DNA of 62,526 nucleotides, filler included, from Globobulimina sp. (taxonomy: Eukaryota), in assembly GCA_003354225.1 (NCBI GenBank). It is 36 parts of 36 records of this genome, joined end to end, with 100 filler letters (N's around TTAATTAATTAA, not from the genome) between each part and the next. Parts side by side here need not be neighbours in the genome. Positions count along the whole stretch, not along the records: positions 22,632 to 24,271 come from PIVH01013759.1; positions 24,372 to 26,011 come from PIVH01013760.1; positions 26,112 to 27,751 come from PIVH01013761.1; positions 27,852 to 29,491 come from PIVH01013762.1; positions 29,592 to 31,231 come from PIVH01013763.1; positions 31,332 to 32,971 come from PIVH01013764.1; positions 33,072 to 34,711 come from PIVH01013765.1; positions 34,812 to 36,451 come from PIVH01013766.1; 28 more parts are not named here. One strand, written 5' to 3'. Under the pieces are notes generated by a model that worked only from the letters and a program-made list of their open reading frames with translations, ran no database searches and had not been told where the DNA came from. This document shows positions 23,452-35,630 of the stretch, one piece after another. The position numbers and the translations under genes were made by a program. Each line of letters begins with the position of its first letter. Within the stretch, counting starts at the first letter, position 1.

Positions 23452-24371
23452 TACGCAACATGTCTCGACAAAGTTAGATATTGATGTGGAAAATAGTGTG
23501 TATTTTATGATGACAGGAAGCAAAATTCAATTAATGTGAATAACTACAATTGTGTGATCCACACACTTTGGTTGTTTCTGTACAGACAACAATTATTATA
23601 AACAACAGTTGATTCAATTTTAACAACAAAACTTGTCTAAAAGTTTTTGAGTGAAAGTCAAAATTGTTCTGACCATCGTTTCGTTGCATCCGATACAATG
23701 CCAGTTTTCAATCAGGCAACTAAATTTGCCAGGTTTTGTGTGGATAAAAATTCGAAACATTATTCATATTTGTGATGACATTGAATATATAGAATTGGAT
23801 CGAGATACAATTTGATCAAAGCTAGACCAAACAGTTAAATATTTCAACATTTCCATCATCGCAAAATCGCAAATAAATTATTGTCTGTAACCAAGGATTA
23901 ACAAATATTGCATCAAGAAGTTCAGCGCAACATTGGGATTTACAGCATTATGCCCGGCAATGGCCTCGTTTCCCTGCCTTACCACGAAAGCATATACCCG
24001 ATGACGATGTAATTTTGAGCTTTATTGTATTTTGGTTTTTTGTTAAATCAAGAATGATGGATGAAGAGGAACCGCCTTCTCTTAATTGGCAAGAAGCAAA
24101 AGTGCAACACTTTAAAAAGCATTAACATATTCAATCCAACATAACTCAATTGAATCACATTCACTATTTGGATTATATTGACATACAATATACATTTTAT
24201 GTGAATATTGGTGGACATTTTATGTGATTCGAATAATGTTTGAATGCCATTGATTATTGATATCCTTTGTTNNNNNNNNNNNNNNNNNNNNNNNNNNNNN
24301 NNNNNNNNNNNNNNNTTAATTAATTAANNNNNNNNNNNNNNNNNNNNNNNNNNNNNNNNNNNNNNNNNNNN

Positions 24372-24644
24372 GCCCTCCGCAGAACTGTCAAATGTTATCT
24401 TCCGTCAGTTATTCGAAGTGTCTATCAATCAATTGTTAAACCACCTTTATTATATGCTTGTTGTGTAACATACCCTGTTAATATCAATGATCGATATAGA
24501 TTAGAAAGAATGCAAAGCTATGCGGCCAAACTTATATTAAACCGATTTGACTTAACTTATGCTGAAATGTTATCAAATTTGAAGTGGAAACCTATTGTGC
24601 GTACTGTATGTGAGCGGAGATGTATTACCTTTTATAAATTTTAG
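24372..24644 (+). mobile_element. Non-LTR retrotransposon (LINE) ORF2 fragment, C-terminal to the RT core
   Basis: Not in the ORF track. It translates as ALRRTVKCYLPSVIRSVYQSIVKPPLLYACCVTYP...RLERMQSYAAKLIL...TYAEMLSNLKWKPI..RRCITFYKF*, the typical post-RT region of LINEs. Confidence 0.8.
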
Positions 24645-25977
24645 TCGTTTTGAATTATCCGCGTCAGTGTCGTATATAATATGTCATGAATCGGAGTCCT
24701 ATGTGTTTTCAAGAATAAAATTTGATTTTTTACAAAATATTTTAGATTCAACATCAAGAAACGTAGAGGTCACGGAAAGACCAAAAATTATTATAAATCG
24801 AATGAAAAAATTACAACTGACTGAATTAGATTTTGTAACAGAATCAAATTTCGGCCATGGTTTATCCCAATTACTGTCTGTGGATAAATTCTTATTACGA
24901 CCATCACGGCCTCATGGCGCAGAACCGTTCGTTTGTTTTGAATTGCAATTAATTGGACAATTTGTAGAAGGGGCGGCTGGTCCATATCGTCAATATTTTA
25001 ATGATGTCGGCAAAGAATTACAATCGAAACAATCGTTAATATTCTGTCCAACACCAAATAGCATCGAAGCTAAACATAAAATCAATGCAAATTTACAAAA
25101 TATAAATAAGTTTATATTGCGGCCATCAATCCCAAATAATTATAAATATAAAGATCGAATCTCCGAAACAGAACATCTTAAAATGTTTGAATTTCTTGGT
25201 TTATTGTTTGGATGTTGTATAAGGAGCGGTGTGCGAATGCCGCTGGATTTATCCCCTTTAGTATGGAAAACAATTACACGCAATTTATTAACAAAGAAAG
25301 ATTTGCTATCAATTGATAAAACATTTTATGATTTATTGGAAGGAATGCGGAATATGAATGGAAAAGAATTTGATCAGGCATTTGGTCCACAGTCACAGCC
25401 ACAGGAACTGGATCATAATGATAATGATAGTGATGATGATGTAAAAACGGATAATAATAATAATAATAATAAACAATTATATTTTACGACTATGTTATCG
25501 GATAAGCAGACCTCAGTGGATTTAAAACCAAATGGGAGTATTATTGCTGTGACATATGAAAATAGATTGGAATTTATAAAATTATGTTACGAAGCAAGAT
25601 TATCAGAACATGACACATTAATTGATTCGATACGTCGTGGTATTGATAAAATTGTACCAATCGATTCGTTGAATATTATGAATTGGAGAGAATTAGAAAT
25701 ATTAATATGTGGTAAAAAGAAAATAAATATTAATTTATTACGACGACATACAAATTATTCATCAGGTTTATCGTCATCAAATCAGCATATTCAATGGTTT
25801 TGGGAAGTTTTATCTGAATTTTGTGAAGAAAACAAAACAAAATTTATACGTTTTGCCTGGGCCCAAGAAAGGTTGCCATCAGACGATGATGAATTTATTC
25901 TGACGCACACTCGATTAATGATAAAACCATCATCCGCTGCGACAACAAATCCCTACTACAACTATAGAAAATCATAG
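24625..25977 (+). CDS. HECT-domain E3 ubiquitin ligase (HERC-like), internal fragment
   Basis: GAAGPYRQYF, FCPTPN, FEFLGLLFG, LSPLVWK, ELEILICG, WFWEVL..F..F..AQERLP. The catalytic Cys region is not reached. Confidence 0.9.
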   Translation, partial: LPFINFSRFELSASVSYIICHESESYVFSRIKFDFLQNILDSTSRNVEVTERPKIIINRMKKLQLTELDFVTESNFGHGLSQLLSVDKFLLRPSRPHGAEPFVCFELQLIGQFVEGAAGPYRQYFNDVGKELQSKQSLIFCPTPNSIEAKHKINANLQNINKFILRPSIPNNYKYKDRISETEHLKMFEFLGLLFGCCIRSGVRMPLDLSPLVWKTITRNLLTKKDLLSIDKTFYDLLEGMRNMNGKEFDQAFGPQSQPQELDHNDNDSDDDVKTDNNNNNNKQLYFTTMLSDKQTSVDLKPNGSIIAVTYENRLEFIKLCYEARLSEHDTLIDSIRRGIDKIVPIDSLNIMNWRELEILICGKKKININLLRRHTNYSSGLSSSNQHIQWFWEVLSEFCEENKTKFIRFAWAQERLPSDDDEFILTHTRLMIKPSSAATTNPYYNYRKS

Positions 25978-26231
25978 GGTCACCCAGCCCCTAGGCTACC
26001 TACCCCGACCCNNNNNNNNNNNNNNNNNNNNNNNNNNNNNNNNNNNNNNNNNNNNTTAATTAATTAANNNNNNNNNNNNNNNNNNNNNNNNNNNNNNNNN
26101 NNNNNNNNNNNACCGGTGTTTATTTCTTATCCATATGCATAGGAATAAACTAGAATCCATGGACCAAAGTTGCAAACCCTAAAGTTTATTTTATGAACTT
26201 TAAGGATTTATGGATTTGATACTCTGCAATA

Positions 26232-27255
26232 GGGGTGTCCGATAAGTACTGATTTTTTTTCCTGTTTGAAAAGGTTTTTTTTTTGAGTACTGATCTTATC
26301 AAACACCTCGCTAATCGTCGTTATGACTGTGTCTCATCATTATATATTGATGATATTCTCAATAGTTTCATTAGAACCATCAACCACGTTTATTTGCAAA
26401 TTACAAACGCAGAGCTCAAGTCCAATCAATCTTTACATTTTCAGTTTGTTTGCCTTGCACTAAAAACATCCAAACACAAAACAAACAACACATGGACCCA
26501 ATTTCATGAAAAAATAATAAAATGTGATGGTTGGGATTTGAACCCAAACAGTATATCAATATGCTCTCCTTAAGCACCATCACAACAAAATGGATAGTAT
26601 TGGTGCTTTGTGTGATGACATACCAAATCTTATATAAATCAATAGATGCGTGTTGTTTTAAATTGTCGCTAAAACACTTATTAAGTATTAATATATGTTT
26701 TTGTTTTTTGTGTCTGTGTATGCCACAAAAACACCCCTTCAAATATTCACCTTCTAGCATTTTTTCATTGATATAAATGTTTGAGTTTGTTGTGGCTGTG
26801 GATTGCCCCAAATTATTAATTCAAATATCAATTTTTTTCTTTTGCTTTTCTTTGTGTGCTATGGCTGTGGATTGCCAATCAAATATCACTTAAATCAATA
26901 TATGCGTGTTATTTTTGTGGCTGTGGATTGCCACAAATTAAATATCTATCTCATTATAAATGAATTGCCGCCAAATTATTTGCTCTGTGGCTATGGATCA
27001 GTCATCAGTGGATGCCACGTACCAAAATTTATCATTTTTGATACCATTTTTGTTTTGTGTTTTGTGTTATGTGATGGATTGCGATATTTCATAAAAATTA
27101 TCCATTTGTGCCATCCATTCCATTCACATAGTCATCGGCAGGATTCTTTCCTTTTCTTTGCCATGCTTTTAAAATTAGCAGCACTTATCGAACTGATTGA
27201 AAAAAAAAGGCTGTTTGAAAAGTTTTTGAAAAAATCAGTACTTATCGGACACCCC
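26232..27255. mobile_element. Non-autonomous TIR DNA transposon (about 1.02 kb), TA-flanked
   Basis: 29-bp perfect inverted repeat TAGGGGTGTCCGATAAGTACTGATTTTTT at 26230-26258 and 27229-27257; no transposase recognised inside. Confidence 0.75.
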
Positions 27256-27851
27256 TAATCATACGTAATATCTTCAAATCAGTAAAGTTTAATTCTGCGA
27301 CAATGATTGTTAAAAAAATTTGTGCGACAATGATTTTTAAAACTAGTTTAATCTTCATGTGTTCCACATTACAGTTCAATGAATTTATTGCAATATAATA
27401 ATGATCATAATTTGAATTATGTAATTTATGTTGCTATTAATAGTCATAATCATTTATTCCTGTATGCAATAATTACATTTCAGAGCAACATAACTGATCA
27501 CGACATGACTAACATGTCTGAAGAGGATCATGACCATTCGGCTATTAATTATTCTATCGGGTACAATATAACATATTTAACGGCATCCTTTTTAATTACT
27601 GCTGTTTGGCTCAGAATGGTTTTTTGTGTATTTAAATTTGTTGTATTTAACAGAAACTCAATGGAACGAACTCAAGGAAAGCTGTCGCATTCTTTTATTA
27701 TGGTTATCTTTGCTGTCGCATTCTGGTTAAGTACCATATTGCGTTTAAGTGNNNNNNNNNNNNNNNNNNNNNNNNNNNNNNNNNNNNNNNNNNNNTTAAT
27801 TAATTAANNNNNNNNNNNNNNNNNNNNNNNNNNNNNNNNNNNNNNNNNNNN

Positions 27852-29161
27852 GGATATTATGCAATGTCGTCAACTCGCTGCCCATTCGATATCATATCAC
27901 GCAAATACAGTCGATTGGCATTAAAAAGTTAGTGTTACATTCGCGCGTCGAATGCAATGTGATCAAAGGCAGAGACCATGACTGGTCATTTTATATCACA
28001 AAGCCGGGAGGCAACTTAATCACATATGAAAAAGCAGACATTTATGGGCAATGGCTGCGGAGCTTGGAACTTTATGGCAGGAAAATAAAACATAGAGACA
28101 ACATTTTGTATATACGCGGCTATATTTGTGAGTATTCATTGGCGCGGCAAATTGGATGGATTGCGCCTTTTGATGCGTTACATAAACGTTACATGTTTCA
28201 TATCGATAATTGCAACACTGCGGCTTGTGAAAATAGGAGAGTTTTTTTGAACGATGAAGTGGAATTTGAGTTGGAATTGAATCCTAAAAATGGTACTTTT
28301 TATGCAATGAATGTGCGGAGCGTACACAGTGATGGTGTCATACACGGAAAGCATTGGAATTGGAGCAAATTGTTACCATACAATCGCAAGTATTCATACA
28401 GTAGTCATTATTTACATAAATGTGTGGATAAACTGAGCGAAGAGGAGAGGTATTGCGGTTTGGTGGAGTTTAATGCGTATGAACTTGCCAATATGTATAA
28501 AGCAAGAATTTATTTTGATTCCATTGAGTTATATCCAAGAACATTGAGAGTGCCTTTGTCGGAGTTGCAATGTACAGATGTTGAGTATGTACGGCGTGGC
28601 ACAAAAGTCGAGTTTTCATTGAATATTGATAGGGAAAAGCGAATGATTACAGGCGTGCAAAATATCACTGCGCCCAATGGCCGGCTATTGACCTTTTTAA
28701 GTGGGGAAAGAGGGGAGTTTTATAGATGGAGAAATATAAATTGTAATGTGAAATTAAAATCGGTTTATGATGAGTTAGGAAGTAATGAAACGCTGAGTGG
28801 GTTTATTCGTGATTTAGATGTGAAAGGTAAGTGTGGTGTAATTGAGGTAATATCGAATGACGCATGTTATGGGCCAGTATTTTTCTGGTTTGCGGATGTT
28901 TTATTTGAAAAGAATAATAAATATGTGACAATAGCCAGTGTTGTGGAGTTTAATGTTACTATCAACACTTATTGCTATTTATATTCTGGTGCAACAAATC
29001 AAGCAAATATAAAGGGTTATAAATGGACAAGTGATCCGAGATTTTATTTGACTGTAAAAGCAATTAATATTGTGAGTCATAAGTATGATAAATATATTCA
29101 TCAACCACCAATGTTTAAAATGAGTCATGTTCAATGTATAAATAACAAATTGATAACGTGA
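27852..29161 (+). CDS. Multi cold-shock-domain (OB-fold) protein, 5' partial
   Basis: Repeated pattern G.I......G.I...F/MFH......V.F, e.g. QIGWI..YMFH..NDEVEF..FYAMNV and KCGVI..VFFW..VVEF. Confidence 0.65.
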
Positions 29162-29491
29162 CTTTCTTTCGTGAAAAATAATTTAAATCATTTTGTTGTC
29201 AATAAATTGATTTTTTAAAGTTTTGAAGAAGAATGAATGGTGCTTAAAACAAGAAGATATGAAGTGATAAGTTTGATTAATAAGAATGGTGTGCGACTGT
29301 GATTCAATTATCACCACCTCGTGTTACGTTTGATATGATTCTTGGTATTTCTACCCGTATTCACTTGCATCATACTAAGTCTTTGTTCGTCTCCGCCAAA
29401 TAGCATATAGTATAAATATTAAACAAGTTGATAACGTGAGTTTCATTTTAGCTAAAAAAAATATTTAAATCATTTTCTTGTCAATAATTTG
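29144..29491 (+). repeat. Imperfect direct repeat of about 65-70 bp (29144-29210 and 29422-29491)
   Basis: AACAA(A/G)TTGATAACGTGA...TTTAAATCATTTT..TTGTCAATAA occurs twice and spans the stop codon of the CSD gene. Confidence 0.7.
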
Positions 29492-29591
29492 NNNNNNNNN
29501 NNNNNNNNNNNNNNNNNNNNNNNNNNNNNNNNNNNTTAATTAATTAANNNNNNNNNNNNNNNNNNNNNNNNNNNNNNNNNNNNNNNNNNNN

Positions 29592-31231
29592 TCATTCCAG
29601 TTTGCCAATATCCACAATGCGATCAGTTATTAAATATTAAACATGGAAATCAATTGCAAATAAAATCATTATTATCACCAAAATATAATTTCAACGCCGA
29701 TGTTAAACGATTTACTGTCATCGAATATTTATTATTTGGTTATATAAGACGTCAAAACCGAACATTACAAAATAAAATTATTCCAAATGAGGTTAGCTTA
29801 TTAATATATGATTATTATAATTTAATTTATGTTGCAAAAAAAGCATGTTGCAGTTGTTTAGCTGTCGGATACAAATTTATGCAATGTTCCAGATGTAGTG
29901 GCAATGGGCAATATCCCTCAAATTGCACACAATGTCATCCAAGTCATCCAGGCATATATAAATATACAGTTAATTGTCATCAATGTAAAGGATGCGGAAA
30001 GAAGTTAATATTTGAGAGACAATGTAATAAATGTCATGCAAATGGTACAATTGTGAATAACTGCAGAAAATGTAATGAGTCTGGAATTTATAGGCTGCGA
30101 AGGCAATGTAGCAAATGTGATGGAGCTGGCGAATGGAGAAAGAGCGGATACTGCCATGCTTGCAATGGGTCGGGCACATATAAAATAGAAAAAACATGTG
30201 ATAGATGTAACGGTGAAGACTCATTTAGAGGGAGATATGGCGAACTTATTACGCATTGCAGGAAATGTAACGCCTCTGGAATCTATAAAAAAACCGGACA
30301 ATGTCGTAAATGTCAGGGAAGCGGGCAGTGGCAAGCCAGGGGGGATTGTTATGGCTGTAATGGAAGAGGAATGCTCGCAGAACAATTATGTAATCAATGC
30401 AACGGAGCAGGCAAAAAAATTAGAAACTGTTTCAAATGTGAAGCTTCTGGCACTTTTAGAAAATTTGCGAAATGTAGAAGTTGTAATGGACGTAAAACAT
30501 TTGACAAAGAGAAACGTTGTAATCGGTGCGGGGCCACAGGTTATGTCAACACAATGTGCGGAAATTGTGATGGTGGCAAAATACCATATCATTGTCCAGC
30601 ATGTAAAACGGAAAAATATTTTATTATGTTAGATTTTAATAAATTATGTAATAAACAATTATTATGCCATAAATGTAATGAATATTGTCCAGCCAATGGC
30701 ATTGTATATTGGTCAGAATGCTGTCATGTTGTTTGTGGTCCATGCATTTGTGACTATGTTCAAAATGAAATTAAGAAGAATAAAATTCCAATTTGTCCGG
30801 CTGTACATTGCAAACAAGAATTGTCAATGAAAAATTTGAAATTAATCAATAAATATTATAATCATCAATCGATTGCGAATGGAGATCATTTTGAAAAAGA
30901 ATTGGAAGTTTTATTTGATCGTAAAGACAAATTTAAATGTGTTAATTGCGGTGAGTGGCATGGAAATTGTTATTTAGTGCAATGTGCATGTGATAGTCGG
31001 CACCAATTTGGAATTCAATGTGCTGTCTATTGGTCAAATTGTAATCATTCATTTTGTATACAGTGTATGATACCTTACATATCGAATAAAATTAATAATG
31101 ATATCATTCCGCTGTGTTTAATTGAAAATTGTGAACAAGAATTATTGACGAAAGATATGGCGCAATTCACGGTAAAAGGCATTAATGTTTATCACTTAAA
31201 ACATAAATTAAAAATATTAATTGGTCGTAAA
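29592..31231 (+). CDS. CxxCxGxG repeat plus RING-like module protein, paralogue of 3483-5123, partial
   Basis: A long run of CxxCxGxG-like repeats; LDFNKLCNKQLLC linker; WSECCHVVCGPC..PIC and WSNCNHSFCIQC..PLC modules. Confidence 0.8.
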
Positions 31232-31362
31232 NNNNNNNNNNNNNNNNNNNNNNNNNNNNNNNNNNNNNNNNNNNNTTAATTAATTAANNNNNNNNNNNNN
31301 NNNNNNNNNNNNNNNNNNNNNNNNNNNNNNNAAATTTGATTGGAATTGAAACCAAAATCAGA

Positions 31363-32591
31363 CATGACTGCAAAGTTCGTTTGTATTATATCTGTCTTCG
31401 TAACTGCTATTTCAAAGGCAGAGGAGTTTTATGGTGATGAATTTACACAATATTACTCATATTATGATGGCTGGATGGGAGATGTATTAATATGTCAAGA
31501 CAATAGACCGTGCACAGTAAATTGTTATGGCTTTACATCATGCGAATCGGTTACAATATATGGTCCACACAATGATGTGTTGACAGTGAATTGCATTTGG
31601 TAATTATCAAGGCCAAGATGGTTCTCAAGGTTGTGTTCGACCAACAATCTATGCACAAAATAGTACAGAATTACATATCAATGCATATAATGATGACTAT
31701 CAAATGTATGGAGCAACCATATATACTCCAACGCCACGCATATCGGATGAAATTAATACGTATATTTTATGTGGTATTATTGGTCCAAACAGTGAAACAG
31801 GCCAAACAATGGGTGGCTGTCTCGAAAGCAATAATATTTTCAGCAAAAATGGCTTTAGCAGTATATCATGGACATATTATGATGTTAGTGACTGGTCAAT
31901 TACTCCAACGGATCGATTTCCAGATACAATGCGCTGTGGTGATAATTTTGATATATTATGCAGTCCATTCAACATTAGCGACAGTGGTTGTGTTCAATGC
32001 GCAGATGACACCTCACAGTGTACAGATACCACTCCAATATGTAATTTTACTATGACATCGACAGATGATCCAACAACCACAATCACCAACACTGCAGCCA
32101 CCAACACTGCAACAACCGCAATCACCAACACTGCAACAACCGCAACAACCGCTGCATATGGTAGCTGCGATGAAGATGAATCTCTTGATCGTGACGATTG
32201 CGATGAAAATGAGAATGAACCAACGAATGAATGTTCAATATTGATTGAATCCTCCTTTTCTGTCTGTTACATTGATTGTTATGAAGATAAAAGAAGCTCA
32301 TTATGGAATAATTTAAAACAATGTTTATGTAAAAATATATTTGATGATACAGATTTTGATGATAATAAAAAGAAATGTTACATTGAGAAATACCATTTTG
32401 GAAATTTAGTGGAAGTCAATAGTACATTTAGTAATGAATATAATTGCAGTTTGCAACAAATATTTGAATTTTCAACAGCAATATTTAATAAATTTAATGA
32501 AGAATGTGGTTATTTGGAAGAAGTTTTTGAATGGATTTCGGAGCAATATGCAAATGGAATATTATTGGATGAATTCAAAGATATATTGTAA
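31363..32591 (+). CDS. Secreted Cys-rich protein with a Thr/Ala-rich stalk; one-base frameshift near 31597
   Basis: Signal peptide and CYGFTSCESVTIY repeat. Deleting one T in TGCATTTGGTAA joins the ORFs (NCIGNYQGQDGSQGCVRPTIY). Confidence 0.6.
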
Positions 32592-32737
32592 TTTATTATT
32601 TAGTCAATATGAAGATGGAAGATATCCGAAAGGATTTGTCGGAATAACAGCAGGATCCATTAATATGGAATTCAGAGATGAAAATGGTGATATTGTTAAA
32701 CTTTATAATACCGGCAAAGCAACGCATTTTTCCTCCA

Positions 32738-32971
32738 TTCAGATTCAAACAGCATTCACTTCTCTCCAGAAGACCAGATGTCTGGCGGAAATATCACATT
32801 AAGACATTACCTTGAATCGGGTTTTATGACCTGGGCTGGAGTTTCTCGAGGTTACAAAGCAGGCGGATTTAATATCAGCCTTTCTGTTCCAGATGAATTA
32901 CGCCAGTATGATCCTGAATTCCTGTGGAACTATGAACCCGGGATTAAAGGCCAATTTCTCCAACAAAAATT
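32738..32971 (+). CDS. Bacterial TonB-dependent receptor fragment
   Basis: VSRGYKAGGFN...YDPEFLWNYEPGIKG is a hallmark of proteobacterial-type TBDRs. Confidence 0.8.
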
Positions 32972-33071
32972 NNNNNNNNNNNNNNNNNNNNNNNNNNNNN
33001 NNNNNNNNNNNNNNNTTAATTAATTAANNNNNNNNNNNNNNNNNNNNNNNNNNNNNNNNNNNNNNNNNNNN

Positions 33072-33606
33072 TTAAATTATTTGCGTTCCATTCATACGAA
33101 GTCAACATCTTATCATAAATTGGACATTTTAATGGATCTGTACTCGCTGCTTTTTTCATATAACAACAAGTGATGTTATTTGACTCTATCTTATGTACAT
33201 AATGTATATATACGTGCAATGCCAAAATATCTATGCTTTCCTTCTTCCATTTTGTGATTGGAGTATTTATTGTTTCTTCACTGATCTGTATATCAGATAT
33301 ATTTTCTTCGACATTCTTTGTTAGACCGAAAATGAACGACTCATCACCAAATTGATCAATTTCGAATTGAATGGGATAATGTTTGGTTCTCAAGTGTTGT
33401 AATACGCACAATAATATATCTTTAATCGATTCTTTTGGCGAATATAATGCCACCACCTCAATCACTCCTAAATTATATCTCGACCCTCCATCATAGTTAT
33501 CCGGCAAATCGATGCAATCCATGCGCACTTCTATTTTTATGCGTTGTTTCTTGTCTGGTGATTGCTTTGCATTTCTTGTGCTGACTTTACTGGCACCGTT
33601 ACCCAT
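33072..33606 (-). CDS. Hypothetical protein with an MGNGAS N-myristoylation-like start, 3' partial
   Basis: The ORF is open to the contig end and starts with MGxxxS. Confidence 0.5.
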
Positions 33607-33785
33607 GTCTTGTGATGTGATGTTTTTTTTTACTTTAGTTACAGTAAGTTTTCTCAATACAGATTCCAGTATTTACGCTGGATTTAATCTAAAATACAGA
33701 TGAAAGATTGCATGAAAAAAAAAATAAGAAAAGTAACAATGACAAGCACAAATACAAAAGATGTTTATTGTTGATTGTTTCTTGT

Positions 33786-34711
33786 TTATTCAGATTTAAT
33801 CGCCGCATATATTTGTTTTAGGAAAATATACGTGGCCCACCATCCCGTGGCACCCAACATCAATAAGAAGGAATACGACACAATCGAGATATAACCAAAA
33901 AATATGGCCGCTTGCAAAATGCCAGTCATATACGATCGATACATATAATAAAAGATCGAGTATGCAAATATATAAATCCCTGTGGACCCCGCAGTGAATA
34001 ACGAGGTCCACCACCACCTCCAATCTTCGCTTTCTAACTGAAAATATGTCAATCCAAAGGTCACTGCGCAGGTTACAGTCAATAACATAATGAACGCCAA
34101 CGACAAGATGCCAAATAAAGTGTAAACCTGATGTCCAAATATAGCCATAAACAAGAAATGCAATTCGATATAAATCGCAGTGAACGGCAATATGCCCGAC
34201 AATAATATTTGTAAATAAGCAGATCGATACCACGGTAAACTGGGTATTTCGCGCGGAACTTTGGAGACTTTATACAAGCGCTTATTCATTTCATTGACAC
34301 TCTCATTGTCTCCGCCTTTAAACACGCGATGCGAGGCATAGATGGTCAGTGGTAACGTCACTACCAACCACAGGGCAAAGATGGACAAAATATTCACGAA
34401 CGGTAAGGCCATCGAAGACTTATAATGCCATGCAATGCCATTCACGAATAAAAATACAACAATCACCGGGATGGTGAACAACGTGGCAGTTAAAATGGAC
34501 AAAGTGGCCCACTTTTTGCCTCCGAATTGCTTGAATAAGGAAGAGGAAACATGTCCGGCTATGCCAGAGGTGAAGCAATACACAAATATGATGGACGAGA
34601 TTATGCTCCCTCGGTTTCCTGGGTAAAATAAACCGATCAACGACAATAACAAGAGGCAGATGCACAACACCAACAACTGCGTACCCACTCCGATGATGCC
34701 ACAAAACAATA
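33786..34711 (-). CDS. TM9SF: Transmembrane 9 superfamily (nonaspanin/EMP70), 5' partial
   Basis: YPGNRGS, VPREIP..PWY, GILPFTAIYIEL, YFQL..EDWRWWW and C-terminal QIYAAIKSE. Confidence 0.95.
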
Positions 34712-34811
34712 NNNNNNNNNNNNNNNNNNNNNNNNNNNNNNNNNNNNNNNNNNNNTTAATTAATTAANNNNNNNNNNNNNNNNNNNNNNNNNNNNNNNNN
34801 NNNNNNNNNNN

Positions 34812-35480
34812 ATTGCGCCGTTTCATGCAAATATGTTCGCTCAAAGGTGTACAAACTACAATGAGTGGTATTTGGCGCATAACTATTATACGATTGATTA
34901 TGTCAATCATAAAACACATTGTTCCATTTATTACGAGCCATGGTACATTATATCGAAAAGTGTATCGCAAAATGTATTATATCAATGGAACAATGATTAT
35001 ATTGGAAGGGGATTGAACAAAGTGGAAAGAGTGATGACTCTGCGGCATCACTGCTTCAATTTCCTTGTCATGCAAAACTCGTTTATTATACATTCCAAAT
35101 CATTGCATCATAAAAAGGATTTCACCCAACGAGATAAAGAAAAGTGGCACGAATACAATTTGCAATTGTTTAGGAACCAAACGTATAGTTATTATTCGAC
35201 GGTGGGCTCATGCTCATTCAGTTTAAAATATGACAGTCATTGTAAAACTGGGAAAGTGTCTCTATTCTCTCAAAATGTAAACTATCGCTGCAAAGTATGC
35301 TGCCCACAGACATGCGATAAATGCATTGAATGTGAGGATGACGATGTGATCATCAAAGATGGAGTGAATCACCACGCCTGTTGCATTGAGTCGATTTTTA
35401 AAAACGACATTTATTGTAATGATTCGCTGCCGCCCTGTATTCTCAATAGAAAACAGTATTGTAAATCCGATATCAATTAA
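34812..35480 (+). CDS. GT49 (LARGE/B4GAT1-like) glycosyltransferase C-terminus with a Cys-rich tail
   Basis: YEPWYII...YIGRGLNKV...FNFLVMQNSFIIH; tail VCCPQTCDKC..ACC..CNDSLPPC. Confidence 0.7.
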   Translation: MAPFHANMFAQRCTNYNEWYLAHNYYTIDYVNHKTHCSIYYEPWYIISKSVSQNVLYQWNNDYIGRGLNKVERVMTLRHHCFNFLVMQNSFIIHSKSLHHKKDFTQRDKEKWHEYNLQLFRNQTYSYYSTVGSCSFSLKYDSHCKTGKVSLFSQNVNYRCKVCCPQTCDKCIECEDDDVIIKDGVNHHACCIESIFKNDIYCNDSLPPCILNRKQYCKSDIN

Positions 35481-35630
35481 TTCAGCAGTTGTTTACAAAT
35501 TAATTTGAGAGTAGTAGTGGTACTCAATTCAATCCGGAGCACAGATTGATGCACTCCAATAATTTTAACAGCACACCATTTTCTATAATTCTTAGTGTTT
35601 TGAAGAGAAGATACAACTTACAATCTAGTC

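Noticed and set aside
26791..26998. CRISPR-like mini-array
   Set aside because: The repeat core is only 15-17 bp and non-palindromic, and it lies inside a TIR element; it is reported as an internal transposon repeat instead.
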